A DNA stretch of 64,000 nt from positions 273,420,001 through 273,484,000 of the forward strand of contig NC_091282.1 in assembly GCF_032444005.1 (NCBI RefSeq), read 5' to 3'. The notes below the pieces were generated by a model, which did no database searches, was not told the DNA's origin, and worked only from the letters and a program-made list of their open reading frames with translations. The stretch's first letter is position 1; the number at the start of each line of letters is the position of its first letter. Position numbers and translations under genes: made by a program. The DNA comes from Ranitomeya imitator (Eukaryota). Positions 10,930 through 22,809 of the stretch are shown here, piece after piece.

Positions 10930-13920
10930 AGCACATTTATTACTTCTACTCCCCTCCCTTCTTTCCTTTCATATCCCAGCCCCTAAATCCCCATTAACCC
11001 CTATTGTCTCACTCTGTCTATCTACTCTATCTATCTTCATATTTACACAAGTACCCTCCCTCCCTCCTTCAGATTCTAGTTTAAAAGTTCCTCCAGCCTT
11101 GTGACCATTGTTTCCCCAGCACAGCTGCACCCTCCCCATTGAGGTGCAGCCCATCCCTATCATAGAACCTGTAGCCAACACAGAAGGCAGCCCAGTTCTC
11201 CAAGAACTCAAACCCTCCCTTCCCGCACCAATTTCTAAACCACTTATTTATTTCCCTAAGCTCCCACTTTGTTTCTAGTGATGCTCATGGCACTGGCAGT
11301 AGTTCTGAAAACATCACCTTGGAGGTCCTGGCCTTCAGGTTCTCTCCTAGTTCACTGTAATCATTCTTAAGGATCTTCCACATCTCTCTAACTTTGTCAT
11401 TGGTACTGATGTGTACCATGACCTCTGGGTTTACCCCAGCCCCTCCCAGCGATCTGTTTATCCCTATTCGATCTGCAATATGCCGAACCCAAGCACCCAA
11501 CAGACAACACACTGTTCGGCATTCATGGTCTCGATGGCAAATGACCCTATCTGTCTACCTAAGAGTCCCCTATCACCAACATCTGTCTGACCTTTGCTGC
11601 ACTACTATTTCCCTCCTTCCTACAGCAGTCATTTTCCTGGTTGTTATAAGTAACTGTCATGCTGCTGCAGTGCAGTATAACGCAACCTCCACCAGAGGGA
11701 GCTTGAGAGGCAAGTGAGACTGTGTACACAGAGAAGCACCACAAAGCAGCAGCACAGGCGCCACCAAGTGACGAGAGAGTGGTCAGACAAGTTGAGTCAA
11801 AATACAATCAGAGGCAGAAGTACCAAAAGGGATAGGCAGTAAACGTGGTCAGGAACAAGCCAGGAGGTTCAGCAGTGGTCAGAAGCGGATAAGACAAAGT
11901 CAGAAGGCAGAAGCGAGTCCGAATACGAGCCAAGTCAGGAACCAGAGACAGAGGGAGTCAACAGACACAGAGCAAGTCATGGATCACAGCAGGATAAATC
12001 AAGAGCTACCAGAGTCAGGTTCACATTCCGAAGGCAGAGCTATAGGTAACATTGCCAGCAGAATACATGGGAGCCAGATACCAAACCTGAACCCAGAATG
12101 AGGCAGAGAAAAGTTAACCCTTGACCTGATCCACCCAGAAAAAGGACAGTCAGGATTAAACCCTGGAATGGATCATGACAATACCCTCCTCTCAAGGAGG
12201 GGCCACCAGACCCCAGGTTTCCTAGGATAACGTGCGTGAAATGCTCAGATCAATCGATCAGCATGGACAGATCACGCCGGCACCCAAGATCGATCCTCAG
12301 GACTGTAACCCCTCCAATAGACCAAATACTGAAGTGAACTACGGACCATGTGGGAATCCACAATCCATTTCCACTTCATACTTGGTCTGACCATCGACAG
12401 AGACAGGAGGTGGAGGAGATGGAGGCCCAGCAGAGGATGGTGCAAATGACTTAAGAAGGGACTTATGGAACACATTGGGGATCCGAAGCGACGAGGAAGC
12501 CATAAGCGAAAGGCAACTGGATTGACCACCTCAATGATCTCGTAAGGACCAATAAACCTGGGACCTAGCTTAGCAGAAGAAACCTTAAGATGAATGTTCC
12601 TAGTAGACAACCACACTTTATCTCCTTCCAGGAATATAGGTCCTACAGTATGTCACTTATCCGCAAAAAGTTTATGTTTTCCCTGAGCCTCCCCAGTGTT
12701 CTTCTGGACCTCCCTCCACACCTCCCCAAATTGTTGCATTGTCGTATCAGCCTCTGGACATCCTGAATCCAGCCTAGAAAATTTGTCAAAATGGGGGTGA
12801 AAACCATAGTTACAGAAGAATGGAGATGTGCCAGTGGACTGGTTAATCTGATTGTTAAATGCAAACTCAGCCACGGGCAATGAAGAACACCAATCATCCT
12901 GCTGAGACATAGCAAGACACCTCAAAATCTGTTCAAGTGATTGATTGGTCCTCTCCGTCTGACCGTTGGTCTCAGGATGGTAAGCAGAGGAGAAGGTCAG
13001 CTATAATGTCATGCTGCTGCTGTGCAGTATAATGCAACCTCCACCAAAGGAAGCTTCAGAGGGAAGTGAGATTGCGTACACAGAGAAGCACCACAGAGCA
13101 GCAGCACAGGCACCACCAAGTGGAGAGAAAGTGGTCAGACAAGCCAAGTCAAAATACAATCAGAGGCAGAAGTACCAAAAGGGATAAGCAGTAAACATGG
13201 TCATGGAACAAACCAGGAGATTCAGCAGCGGTCAGAAGCGGATAAGACAAAGTCAGAAGGAAGAAGCAAGTCCAAAAACGAGCCAAGTCAGGAACCAGAG
13301 AATCAAACAGACAAACAGGGAAATGCTGGGAAAAGGGCAGACAGAGGGAGTCAACAGACATGAGGCAAGTCAGGGATCACAGCAGGACAAATCAAGAGCT
13401 ACCAGAGTCAGGTTCACTCGCCGAAGGCAGGCCTATAGCTGACACCGCCAGCAGGATGCATGGGAGCTAAATAGCAAACCTGACCCAGAATGAGGCAGAG
13501 CAAAGTTAACCCTTGACCTGATCCACCCAGAAAAAGGCAGACAGGATTAAACCCTGGAATGGATCATGACAGCAACATTCTGTAGTGCTGTAGTGATCCT
13601 AGTCCTGGGCCTGCATTCCTAATATCAGCCAAACAGGCTGACACTGTTCCCCCTACCCCTTCTTAATGTCATCCACCTACCTACTTCTGGGTCCTGATCT
13701 TCCCCTCATCCACCCTCATCCATATCACTGGCCCCATCCAGGGCAAGCTCAGCGTGCTCTAAACTCCTCTCCAGATTTGCAATGCTCCTGAGTGGTGCAA
13801 GCTGCATATTTAGATCCATTGCCTGGGCTTCCAAACATGTAACTCAGACATTTTTATCCTCAAATGGCATGCATACCTCTCACAAGTTGCACATCTAGTA
13901 GCATTGCCCATGGAGCACAT
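10930..13920 (-). mobile_element. Degenerate CR1 LINE ORF1 region (zinc-knuckle/coiled-coil plus SGNH esterase), interrupted by Gypsy element D
   Basis: Minus-strand frames give LVIGDS and VMVHISTNDKVR...LKARTSKVMFSELLPVP (esterase-like), and a CATCERYA...LEAQAMDL-like N-terminal segment right of element D. Confidence 0.7.
11655..13571 (-). mobile_element. Internally deleted Ty3/Gypsy element D: LTRs 11655-12180 and 13007-13571, with an integrase/chromodomain remnant between them
   Basis: Two TGTCATG...CATGACA direct repeats; interior encodes [20 protein letters not shown] and [17 protein letters not shown] fragments; flanks GTAAC/GCAAC. Confidence 0.9.
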
Positions 13921-14039
13921 AGTAAAAGGGAATAAACACTGCAGATAAAAGCAGAAAAACAATGGAAAGCCAGTAAGAAAAACACCAAACTATGCTCTTT
14001 TGTTAAACTATGATATTGTGTTTAACTATGCACTATCTG

Positions 14040-14990
14040 CAGCCCCTGCTCCACTCAGCAGCAATCACTTGGTCACTGGAACTTGTAGTTCTCTAACCAG
14101 CAATGGCATGTAGATTTCTGGATGTGTGACAAGTGGAGGAGTCCTGGGTGTGAGAAAATTGTTGAAAGAGCAGGAAAGAAGGTTGGGATCAGAGAGTTGG
14201 AGAGGGGAGTTAGTAAAATCATACCAGCCGGGGGAAGATCAGGCCCAGAATTTTCCCATCTTCATGTGTAAGAGAGTTAGTAATCTTTGAAAAGCAGAAG
14301 GATGAAGTTAAATAAGATGAGTGGCAGATGTGGAGAGCGAATCATCAATGGGGATGTTAAGGTAAGCCATGAAGAAAGTGGGGATGTCACAACATAGAAA
14401 ATGTGGAAGCCAGGAAGTAAAGTAAAGCAGGACCTGGTTGGATTTGCCTGGAGGGTGATACACCACTGCCACTCACAGGGAGAAGGGTTTGAAGAATCTG
14501 ATCATGTGGACTTCAAAGGAGGGAAGCATAAGTGAAGGTACTGGGGAGACAACTTTTAAAGCACATTGTGATTACAGGAGCAGAATAACACCTCCACCTT
14601 TTCGGCTCTCAGGTCTGAGATTATGTGAAAATTGTAGTCTACAATACAAGAGAACAGCAGTAGCGGTGGTGGTGTCTGACTGCTGGATCCAGATTTCAGT
14701 GACAGACGGAAGGTTACAGGAAATAGAAAGGAAGAAGTTGTGAATGTAGGGGAGTTTGCTGCATGCTGACTGTGAGTTACAGAGAGCACAATTAAATGAC
14801 ACAGTTGAAGGTGAGCACTGAGTGCTGATGAGATGTTAATACTAGTGGAAAGAGGCCCAAGATTAGGTGAGGTGTCGCCAGGAGCTAGGAGACAAAAGAG
14901 AGAGTGTGCAGAATGTGTAAAAGGGCGGCAGATATGCAAGAAAGTAGCAGCTAGATATTGATGAAACAAAGAGATAGGGAAAAAAATAAT
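14040..14990 (-). mobile_element. Degenerate L2-clade LINE ORF2 fragment (apurinic endonuclease region)
   Basis: Frame 14572-14802 gives NCALCNSQS..KLPYIHNFFLS..VTEIWIQQ..RKGGGVILLL, typical of a LINE endonuclease N-terminus. Confidence 0.7.
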
Positions 14991-16510
14991 GTAGTGCAAC
15001 TGAACAAAAAGTCTCCTGTCCTCTCAAACTGCCATGTTTAACTGCATGCATTTGAAAAAATATTGCACTTAGAAAGATATTGTACAAGTGCCCCCCAGCA
15101 CAAGTGCTATCTCTAAGTCAGATATGAATAGATAGGAAGTATCTTCTTATCTTCTAGGATCTAGCACCAATTTAACTTGTTAAATAATTAAGAAGTTAAC
15201 AAGAGATGAGAGCACCTATTATTATTCAAGATAAACACGAAAGTTGGACAGAACAGACCATAAAACATCAAGTTATGGATAAATCTTTGAACATTTATAG
15301 ACACATGGAGAATTAGAATTGGACTGCATGACTGATTTGGGTTAGCAAAAACACACCCAAATGTGGTTATTTTTTGAGGTGTTCCAAAATAGTACAGGTA
15401 GGGGTAGGGCTTAACTCCTTAGTGACAGAGCCAATTTTGTCAATTATGACCATTGTCACTTTATGAGGTTATAGCTCTGGAATGCTTCAATAGTGAAGAT
15501 GATGTGATGTAAAGCTGTGAGAAATAACAGGATTGAGAGATTTGCATTTCTTTCTTTTAGTTATTACAGAACAGGATTAATGTCAGTTATACTTTATGTG
15601 TGCAATAGTTACAACTAGGTGGAACATGAAAGAAACCATTCAGCATTTAGATAAACCGTCTATGTTCCCTTTTAAAGGCAGTATGAACGTAGCATCTATG
15701 CTGCTGCACTTCTGCAGATGTCTCTCTGCAGCTGGAGAACTGTTCAGCCAGCGCAGGATTCAGGAATTTCCGCACTGCTCTCCTGTTGGCACTTATTAAA
15801 CATGCACGAGAACGATTATTCTTTGTGCTAATTTTAACCTTTGTAGCACCAGCATTTTTATAGTCCAGAACAGCGCAGAGTAACAGCACATGTTGTTTTT
15901 TTTATTCTTCTTAGAACATTCTTAAAGAGAACCTGTCACTTTTCTTTGAGCCTCTAAACCCCCTCTATCTGGTCCTGTATTAGATTATTTCCACCCTTAA
16001 TTTACCATATTTTCTGGACAGTTAATGCTTAATTCACACAGAAGTTGCTGTCTTACACTTCGGTGAATCATACTGTTTCGTAAAGATTATGGGCCCAATT
16101 AATCAAGACCATTGATGGTCATGCCGGTGTTTATGAGGGGGTGGTGGAGTTATAGGCGCATCTTAAAAGTGACTAGAGTAAAATTTGTAGTGTAAGGTAC
16201 ATCACAATCGTTCATGAACTAGACGAAACGCTCTCTCCCGCCCTAGTTCCACCGATTGTGGCAGACCTGGCCAAAACTGGCTTGAAAGTGCCAAAAGTAG
16301 CAACATTTTTGCAGAACTTCGTACTGTGCAAACATGTAGCAACTTTTCAAAGCATTTTACCTCAGATTTCACTTTGATAAATCGAGCCTATTAGTGAAAT
16401 ACAGAGTGGTTTTTGGAGAAGACCTGTCATTTGCACAGGAGCAAAATAAAAACAATGTAAAATTCAGGAAAATAATGGATTTTACACCAGGTAAAAAAAT
16501 CTGGCAAGTG

Positions 16511-17400
16511 ATAATAATAATAATAATAATAATAACCTTTATTTATATAGCGCCAACATATTCCGCAGCACTTTACAGTTTAACAGTTTGAAACACAACA
16601 GTCATAAATAACAATGTTAACAATACAATAAAGCAACACAAGACGACCCTGCTCGTGAGAGCTTACAATCTACAATGAGGTGGGGGAGATACAAAGCACA
16701 GGTGTGTATTTACTATGATGTATTTACAATGATGGTCCAGCCATCTTCAGGGGGTGGAGGATAGATGGAGATAGTGAATGGGCTACACACACAAACATAA
16801 CATGACTTTGATTACTGAATGTGATAGGCTGCTCTGAACAAATGTGTTTTGAGCGAGCGCCTAAAAGTATGCAAATTGTGAATGGACCTAATATCTTGGG
16901 GTAGAGCATTCCAGAGGATTGGCGCAGCACGGGAGAAGTCTTGGAGTCGGGATTGGGAGGTACGGATTAGTGCAGAGGTTAGTCGGAAGACATTTGCAGA
17001 GCACAGAGGTCAGTTAGGCCGATAGACAGAAATGAGGGAGGAGATGTAAGGGGGTACCACACTGTGGAGAGCTTTGTGGGTGAGAACAAGTACTTTGAAT
17101 TGGATTCTATAATGAACGGGCAGCCAGTGTAACGACTGGCGAAGAGCAGACGTGTCCGAGTAACGATTAGCTAGATAGACAACCCTGCATTAAGGATAGG
17201 CTGGAGAGGGGAAAGTTGAGTAAGGGGGAGGCCAATTAATAGAGCATTGCAGTAGTCCAGGCGGGAGTGGATCAGGGCAACAGTGAGGGTTTTTGTTGTT
17301 TCCATAGTGAGAAAAGGGCAGATTCTAGAGATGTTTTTTAGGTGTAAGTGGCACGAGCGGGCAAGAGATTGTATATGGGATGTGAAGGAGAGATCGGAGT
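16511..17400 (-). mobile_element. 5'-truncated L2-clade LINE (RT C-terminus, 3' UTR, (TAA)n tail)
   Basis: Frame 17171-17470 contains DSDLSFTSHIQ..RSCHLHLKNISRICPFL..LIHSRLDYCNALLIGLP; (AAT)n tail at 16511-16544. Confidence 0.88.
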
Positions 17401-17697
17401 CCCTCTTTAAGGCAGAATTTCGTGTAAAAGTTATAATTGGTGCTAGCTTCTCCAAGTTAACAGAGACCATATTTTATTATATTGGACTCTCCACAAATGT
17501 ATGGATGGTTGGCAGCCATAAGTATATTAGTTATAATGTGTAATACAATGTCCTTATATTATTAAGCCTTTCAGATGTGGTATAGTTCTGGTGGTGCGTT
17601 GTCGGTGTAATCTCTCATGTATGAGAGTATCACTTTAAATATATAAAATGCTTGACATCCCATGTGTTTAAGTTCCTGTGCTAATACGTGCCATTAA

Positions 17698-18142
17698 AGG
17701 GATTGTACATTGCTAGGACAACCCCTACTTAAACGAAATGTTCAGCTCCGATAAATAATAAAGCTTATACTCACCTCCCGGCTCCCTTCCAACAGTGTCG
17801 CCACTCGCGGTCCTGGGACTGTGATGCGGTGGAATGACACGTGATGCCTAATCAGCGTTGGCATCACTGTCTCCACCTTCGGACAAACTGAACACGAAGA
17901 GGTAGTCCGGGATGAGCTGTTGCCCTGGCTTCCTGTTCATGTTCAGTGACAGAGACAGTGACCCCAGTTCTGATTTAGCACCAGCGTCACATGTCATTCC
18001 ACCAAATCACAGCTAAGGGTAGAGTGAGTGCCGAGACCGCGTGAATGGTGCCGGCAAGGTAAGGGTGAGTATAGGCTTTATTAATTTATGGGGGCCGAAC
18101 ATTTAGTTTAAGAAGAGGTTGTCCTAGTAGTGGACAACCCTT
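17698..18142. mobile_element. Kolobok/T2-like MITE
   Basis: TTAA at both flanks (17694-17697, 18143-18146); AGGG...CCCTT termini; subterminal inverted repeats (CTTATACTCACC / GGTGAGTATAGG). Confidence 0.7.
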
Positions 18143-18230
18143 TTAAATGATGCTCAACTGTGCCCTGACTAGTTACACTGCTTGTTCTGAATGTAGAATG
18201 CTCCTATATTAATTGTCAGTTTCTTGTCAG

Positions 18231-18289
18231 GGGATGAATCATTTCCCACCGCAACAATATCCAGTGCTCCAGGAACATTACACCCCACG
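18231..18289 (+). CDS. ADGRD1: ADGRD1 short linker exon (59 bp); phase 1 to 0
   Basis: TTTCTTGTCAG acceptor and ACG|GTAAGA donor; translates (G)DESFPTATISSAPGTLHPT and supplies exactly the phase change needed between the flanking exons. Sequence similarity to human is weak. Confidence 0.72.
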
Positions 18290-19404
18290 GTAAGAAAAAT
18301 ATTGGTGATTTTAAGTTGATAAGGTTTGGTGGATTTCTTGAAGGCAGCTATCTGACTACTTGCCAGGTCCCATATATTTATTGCTCTGTTAATACCCTGC
18401 CTAAGAAGACATTTTTATTGTGCAATTTATTTCTGCATATGACAAAAAAATTATTTTATAACTACACTGTTAATGTGCTAATTAGTGGGCTACTAGTTGT
18501 GGGGGTGTATTGTTTCCCTGCAGTAATAGCTCAACTAACCATGTTATCACGTCCCTGTTATGTGAGTAATATAATTTGCAATAGCAGCGTCACTACCGCC
18601 TCTCTGCAAATCTCTGCCTCCATGAGCATGCACAGTAAGCTGGGTGTACGCACCCATCTTCATCAACATACTGCACATGCACAGGGAGGCAATGGTGGTG
18701 GAAATTATCCTACTCGCACCCGCAAGGGGCATGATAATATGATTAATGGGATGACTAGTCTCCGGAGAACAACACCCCCCCCCTTAACTAGTCAATTACT
18801 AATTAGCATATCTCCAACCTATTAATAATTTTATTTTTTGTCATATTCAGAAATTAATTAGGCAATAAGGCAGGATATTAACAGACCAATAAATACTGTA
18901 CATGTTGGCAGCTTGCAGACCTGGGAAAGTTGTTAGGTTCGCTTTAAAAATTAGCTATACTTTTATGTATTTGCTTGATACCCCTTGATGGCTTTGTACT
19001 GAGGTGACTTAAATAATGGAAATGCTTTACCAGATAAGTAACCCAAATGAGCATTAGACTTTTCCTGCATGCTATTGCCTCCATCCCAATGATAGAACTT
19101 CTACTACCATAACCTTCAGGCTCAGATTGTCCATATTAGATTGGCAGTCTAGGTTTGGCTTTAACATATTGTGTGCGGCTACCAGCTCAGGTTGCCCATG
19201 GTTAGCTAAGAACATTACAGTAATAGACCAACATTTTTTTTTACATCTTATTAAATGTCCACTGTATTTTGTACTTAAAACATTGATTTGTATAGAAAGT
19301 ATGAATATCAGATTGTAATGTACATTTCAGTAGTGAAATACCTTGCTTCAGGTTGCGGATGACTGATATTTTCATACTATCTTTCTTATGTTTGTTATTA
19401 CCAG

Positions 19405-19560
19405 GTCTCCACTGATACCTATGATCTCATTATAACAAATCTGACCCAAGACAGAAGACGATCTTCCCACTCACAGCCTGTCTTAGGCTACTTGGAAGAT
19501 GTCTCACAGATCCTGCCCAATATATCCTTAACAGAAGACACAGCCGGCAACTTGACTCAG
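19405..19560 (+). CDS. ADGRD1: ADGRD1 coding exon; phase 0 to 0
   Basis: CCAG acceptor and CAG|GTAACA donor; VSTDTYDLIITNLTQDRRR...LPNISLTEDTAGNLTQ matches recalled human PTDAYHPIITNLTEERK...LPSKSLSEQTALNLTK. Confidence 0.9.
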
Positions 19561-22500
19561 GTAACACTGCCTAGAATCTATACGGCTGACTCACCAGTCT
19601 GTATCTACATGCCCTTCTGTTGTGCCGGTTTCTACAGGACTGTTGGAGAGCTCAGTAGTATGCCAGAGTCTATGCATACTTTAGAGATAAATAATGGAAA
19701 TATGGGCATATCACAGTAAATTAGAACATAAATTAGATAACTGGCACATGAAGGGGGTGACTGACAGTAAAATATTGGTGAGTATGCCTCTTTTTATTAT
19801 TTTTAATTAATCCATGATGTAGCAATGTCAGGTAGGCTAAGATTAAGTCCTAGCTCTACAAGTTTTGAGTAGATCACTTGGCTAGCCCTGCATATAACCA
19901 GGCTAGCTGTTCTCCTTAGTCAGTCAGCTCTGGGAAGATGACCAGACTGGATGTGTCATGGAGCTTGAGAGAGAAATAGGCCAGCATACCCCTCTAGGAA
20001 GAGACTGCACAGGCCATATGCAGAGAACCACAAGTATCAGTGAAAAAAATTATTTCACTGTCGAACAACCATATAAGTACTAGAGTACAGTTCATTTCAG
20101 TTTCTAACATTTATATGAACAATACATTATAAATATTACTAATATTACTATAGGTTTTCCAGTGCAAAATAATTACCTCGAATATGTTTAACTAAATAAG
20201 TTATTCAACTTACTAATATACTTCATGTAGTGCGAGATCCCTTTTCAATTTGTGCCTGACGCACTACAGCATTCCTGTGTCAGCACGCACTAGTTTGAAA
20301 ATGTTAAATGCTCATTCAATAGCTAAGCCAACCCCCTTCTCTTTTACAGTTGATGTATAGGCAGAAAAGAGGTCTGGCTTAAATAAAAAGTCAGCCAGAC
20401 CCCTCCATATAGCTTTGGTCACATGCCAATAAAGTAAATGTATCAGGCAGGAAAAGGAAGAGGATCTGCTGAGACAAGGAACTAAAGCTCATAGCTGAAG
20501 TCTGGGACACTTTTGAAACATGAAGTTTTTAAGTTACTAAATTAAATACTTTGGAGGACATCTTATTGCACTAGACAACCTCAATAAGAAAGCCTTTTTT
20601 TCTAACTGTAAAATTAAAAACTAAAAAATTTCTGCTCGTGTAACAATTTGCTTGTTATCAGAATTTTGGCTTTGACATTGGAGAACATTAAAGGAGCTGT
20701 CCGGCCTGTGGTGTGGTAGTGGTATGGAACCAGCTCACCAATGCTATGATCCTCGGCATAGAAGGAAGCCACTTCTGCTCAATGTGACACCATGTAAATC
20801 CAATAGAAAATAGAAAAACTCCTCCAGCCCTGATTCCTGGTAAAATTGGAATTTTATTCCGGTAAGGTTACAAAAATGACATTCTCAGGTATATCCAAGG
20901 GTATGGAAATTCACATACTACACTTTGATGTACCTGAGGACTTCATCTTGTTATTATTACCAGAATAAGGTTCCTTTTTTACCTGTAACCTAAGGGATTT
21001 TTATCTATTGGAGAAGATGGAGAAATCTGGTTCTCAGTCTTTTCCTCACCTGTGATACGATTCTCTCATGCGAGAGAGAATCAGACTACACTAAGGTGAC
21101 ACTCGGCTCAAACTCGGCATAATGCATAATGGGCCCGATTTTCTCGAATGATGGAATCTACGCTAGTGTGAGAGTACCCTTTATGTGAGCATTATGTGGT
21201 CAGGTATTTCATATTTGAAGGGCTAGTCCGAAACCCAAAAGTAAATATCAGTTAATAAATCTTTAAAAACAAGTATCTTTTGTTCTCCAAGTCATGGTAA
21301 AATTCTCTGTCATTCAATCTGTACTGAACATAGGGTTCTGATTGTATTACCTACTTAATTCGATTCGTTTGAGAATCCTTAGTGCATGATGGGATACTCA
21401 AACAAATCGTCATCTGCTGGCAGAAACTGCTGTCACTTCCCTTTCCACCCTGAAACAAAGCGTCAGCAGGGGGGCAGGGGCATCCTGACACTCCCCATGC
21501 TTCATTTGCCGCCCTGAAATGAAGCATCATAAGTGACGGGGGCTGGTCCCTGCTCTGTCCCTGAGTGTCTTCCTTGTACAGGTCTCCCCCAATTCACAGT
21601 CTTCCCCTCTGCCGTATGCGCAGCCTCTGGTCTGCTGTCTGCTTAGCTGAATAGTAATAAACCATCAGCAGAGAGGTGTCACTATTCCCAACAGAGACCG
21701 GTGAGGTCACCTGCGGGGTTGGCACTAGCCCTCCTGCTTGCTGGATATAGTGACACTGATCTGCTGAAATATATAATTTCTTTAGGTTCACCAGTGTCGG
21801 GTTTTTCCATTATTTTCTGCATTCTACATAAACATAAGAACAGATTATACAGTATTTTTCCACTTATCATTATTAAGCTGTTGATCTATGCATAGGTCAT
21901 CGATATCAGATCAGTGGGCGTCTGACTCCCGCCACCCATGCCGATCAGCTGATCAGCGGGACTACAGTTGCTGGACATGGCACAGCTCCATACATTGTGT
22001 TGTGGCCATGATTGGTACTACAAGCTATCTCCCATACAAGTGAATTGGAGAAGCTTGCAGCACCATACACATTGTATGAAGAGGTGTCACTTTGACATTC
22101 ATATTAAAGCCCAAGAAAACATCTTTATTACTCATGATTTGATGTAATAACAATCATGCTATTCCACAATGTAAATTATAGCTTCCATTATGATTTATTG
22201 TGTAGGTATAAAGCCACCTCCAAAACCATGGGTCTGAAATTGAAGCAAATAAACATGGACTTTGTGCCACCATTTATTTTACTTCTCCTTTTACATAATG
22301 GAATAATCTCTTCCAATTTCCAGTCAAGGGATTGCAAATTACTTACACTTCTTTTTGTATTAAAAATCTACAGATTCTTTAATGCGACATAAAAAAATGA
22401 CTTTTCTCAATTTTGCAGTGTTGTGCATTTGGTATTGTAAAAGATTTATCTGTGAGCAGAGGCGATTCTGCAGAAGCGCAGTAAAATGCCACTACAACAA

Positions 22501-22749
22501 ATGCTAGATTCATTGGCCTATGTTATAGCCTAATTGAAGCACTGTATCATTCCCATGTATTTTTCCATTATAATTAATCGGTTAAGTAATATACCTATAA
22601 ACTAAGTAGGCATAAACCAGGAACTTTAATGCTGAGGATGCATGTATTTCCGGCAAGGCATTCGTTATGCTTCAGGATTAGTTTGCTGGGAAACATCTGT
22701 TGGGAATATGCATGAGTATAATCTGATTAATTGCATTGTATACTTTTAG

Positions 22750-22809
22750 GCCTTTCTCAAGACTGTGGGAGAAGTTCTTTCTTTACCTACCTGGGGTGAC
22801 ATGCCAATA
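22750..22809 (+). CDS. ADGRD1: ADGRD1 coding exon (60 bp); phase 0 to 0
   Basis: TTTTAG acceptor and GTAAGT donor; AFLKTVGEVLSLPTWGDMPI versus recalled human TFLKAVGEILLLPGWIALSE. Confidence 0.9.

Noticed and set aside
18316-18825. 169-aa ORF just after the 59-bp exon
   Set aside because: No homology recognised, begins with TTG, lies in an intron and overlaps degenerate repeat sequence.
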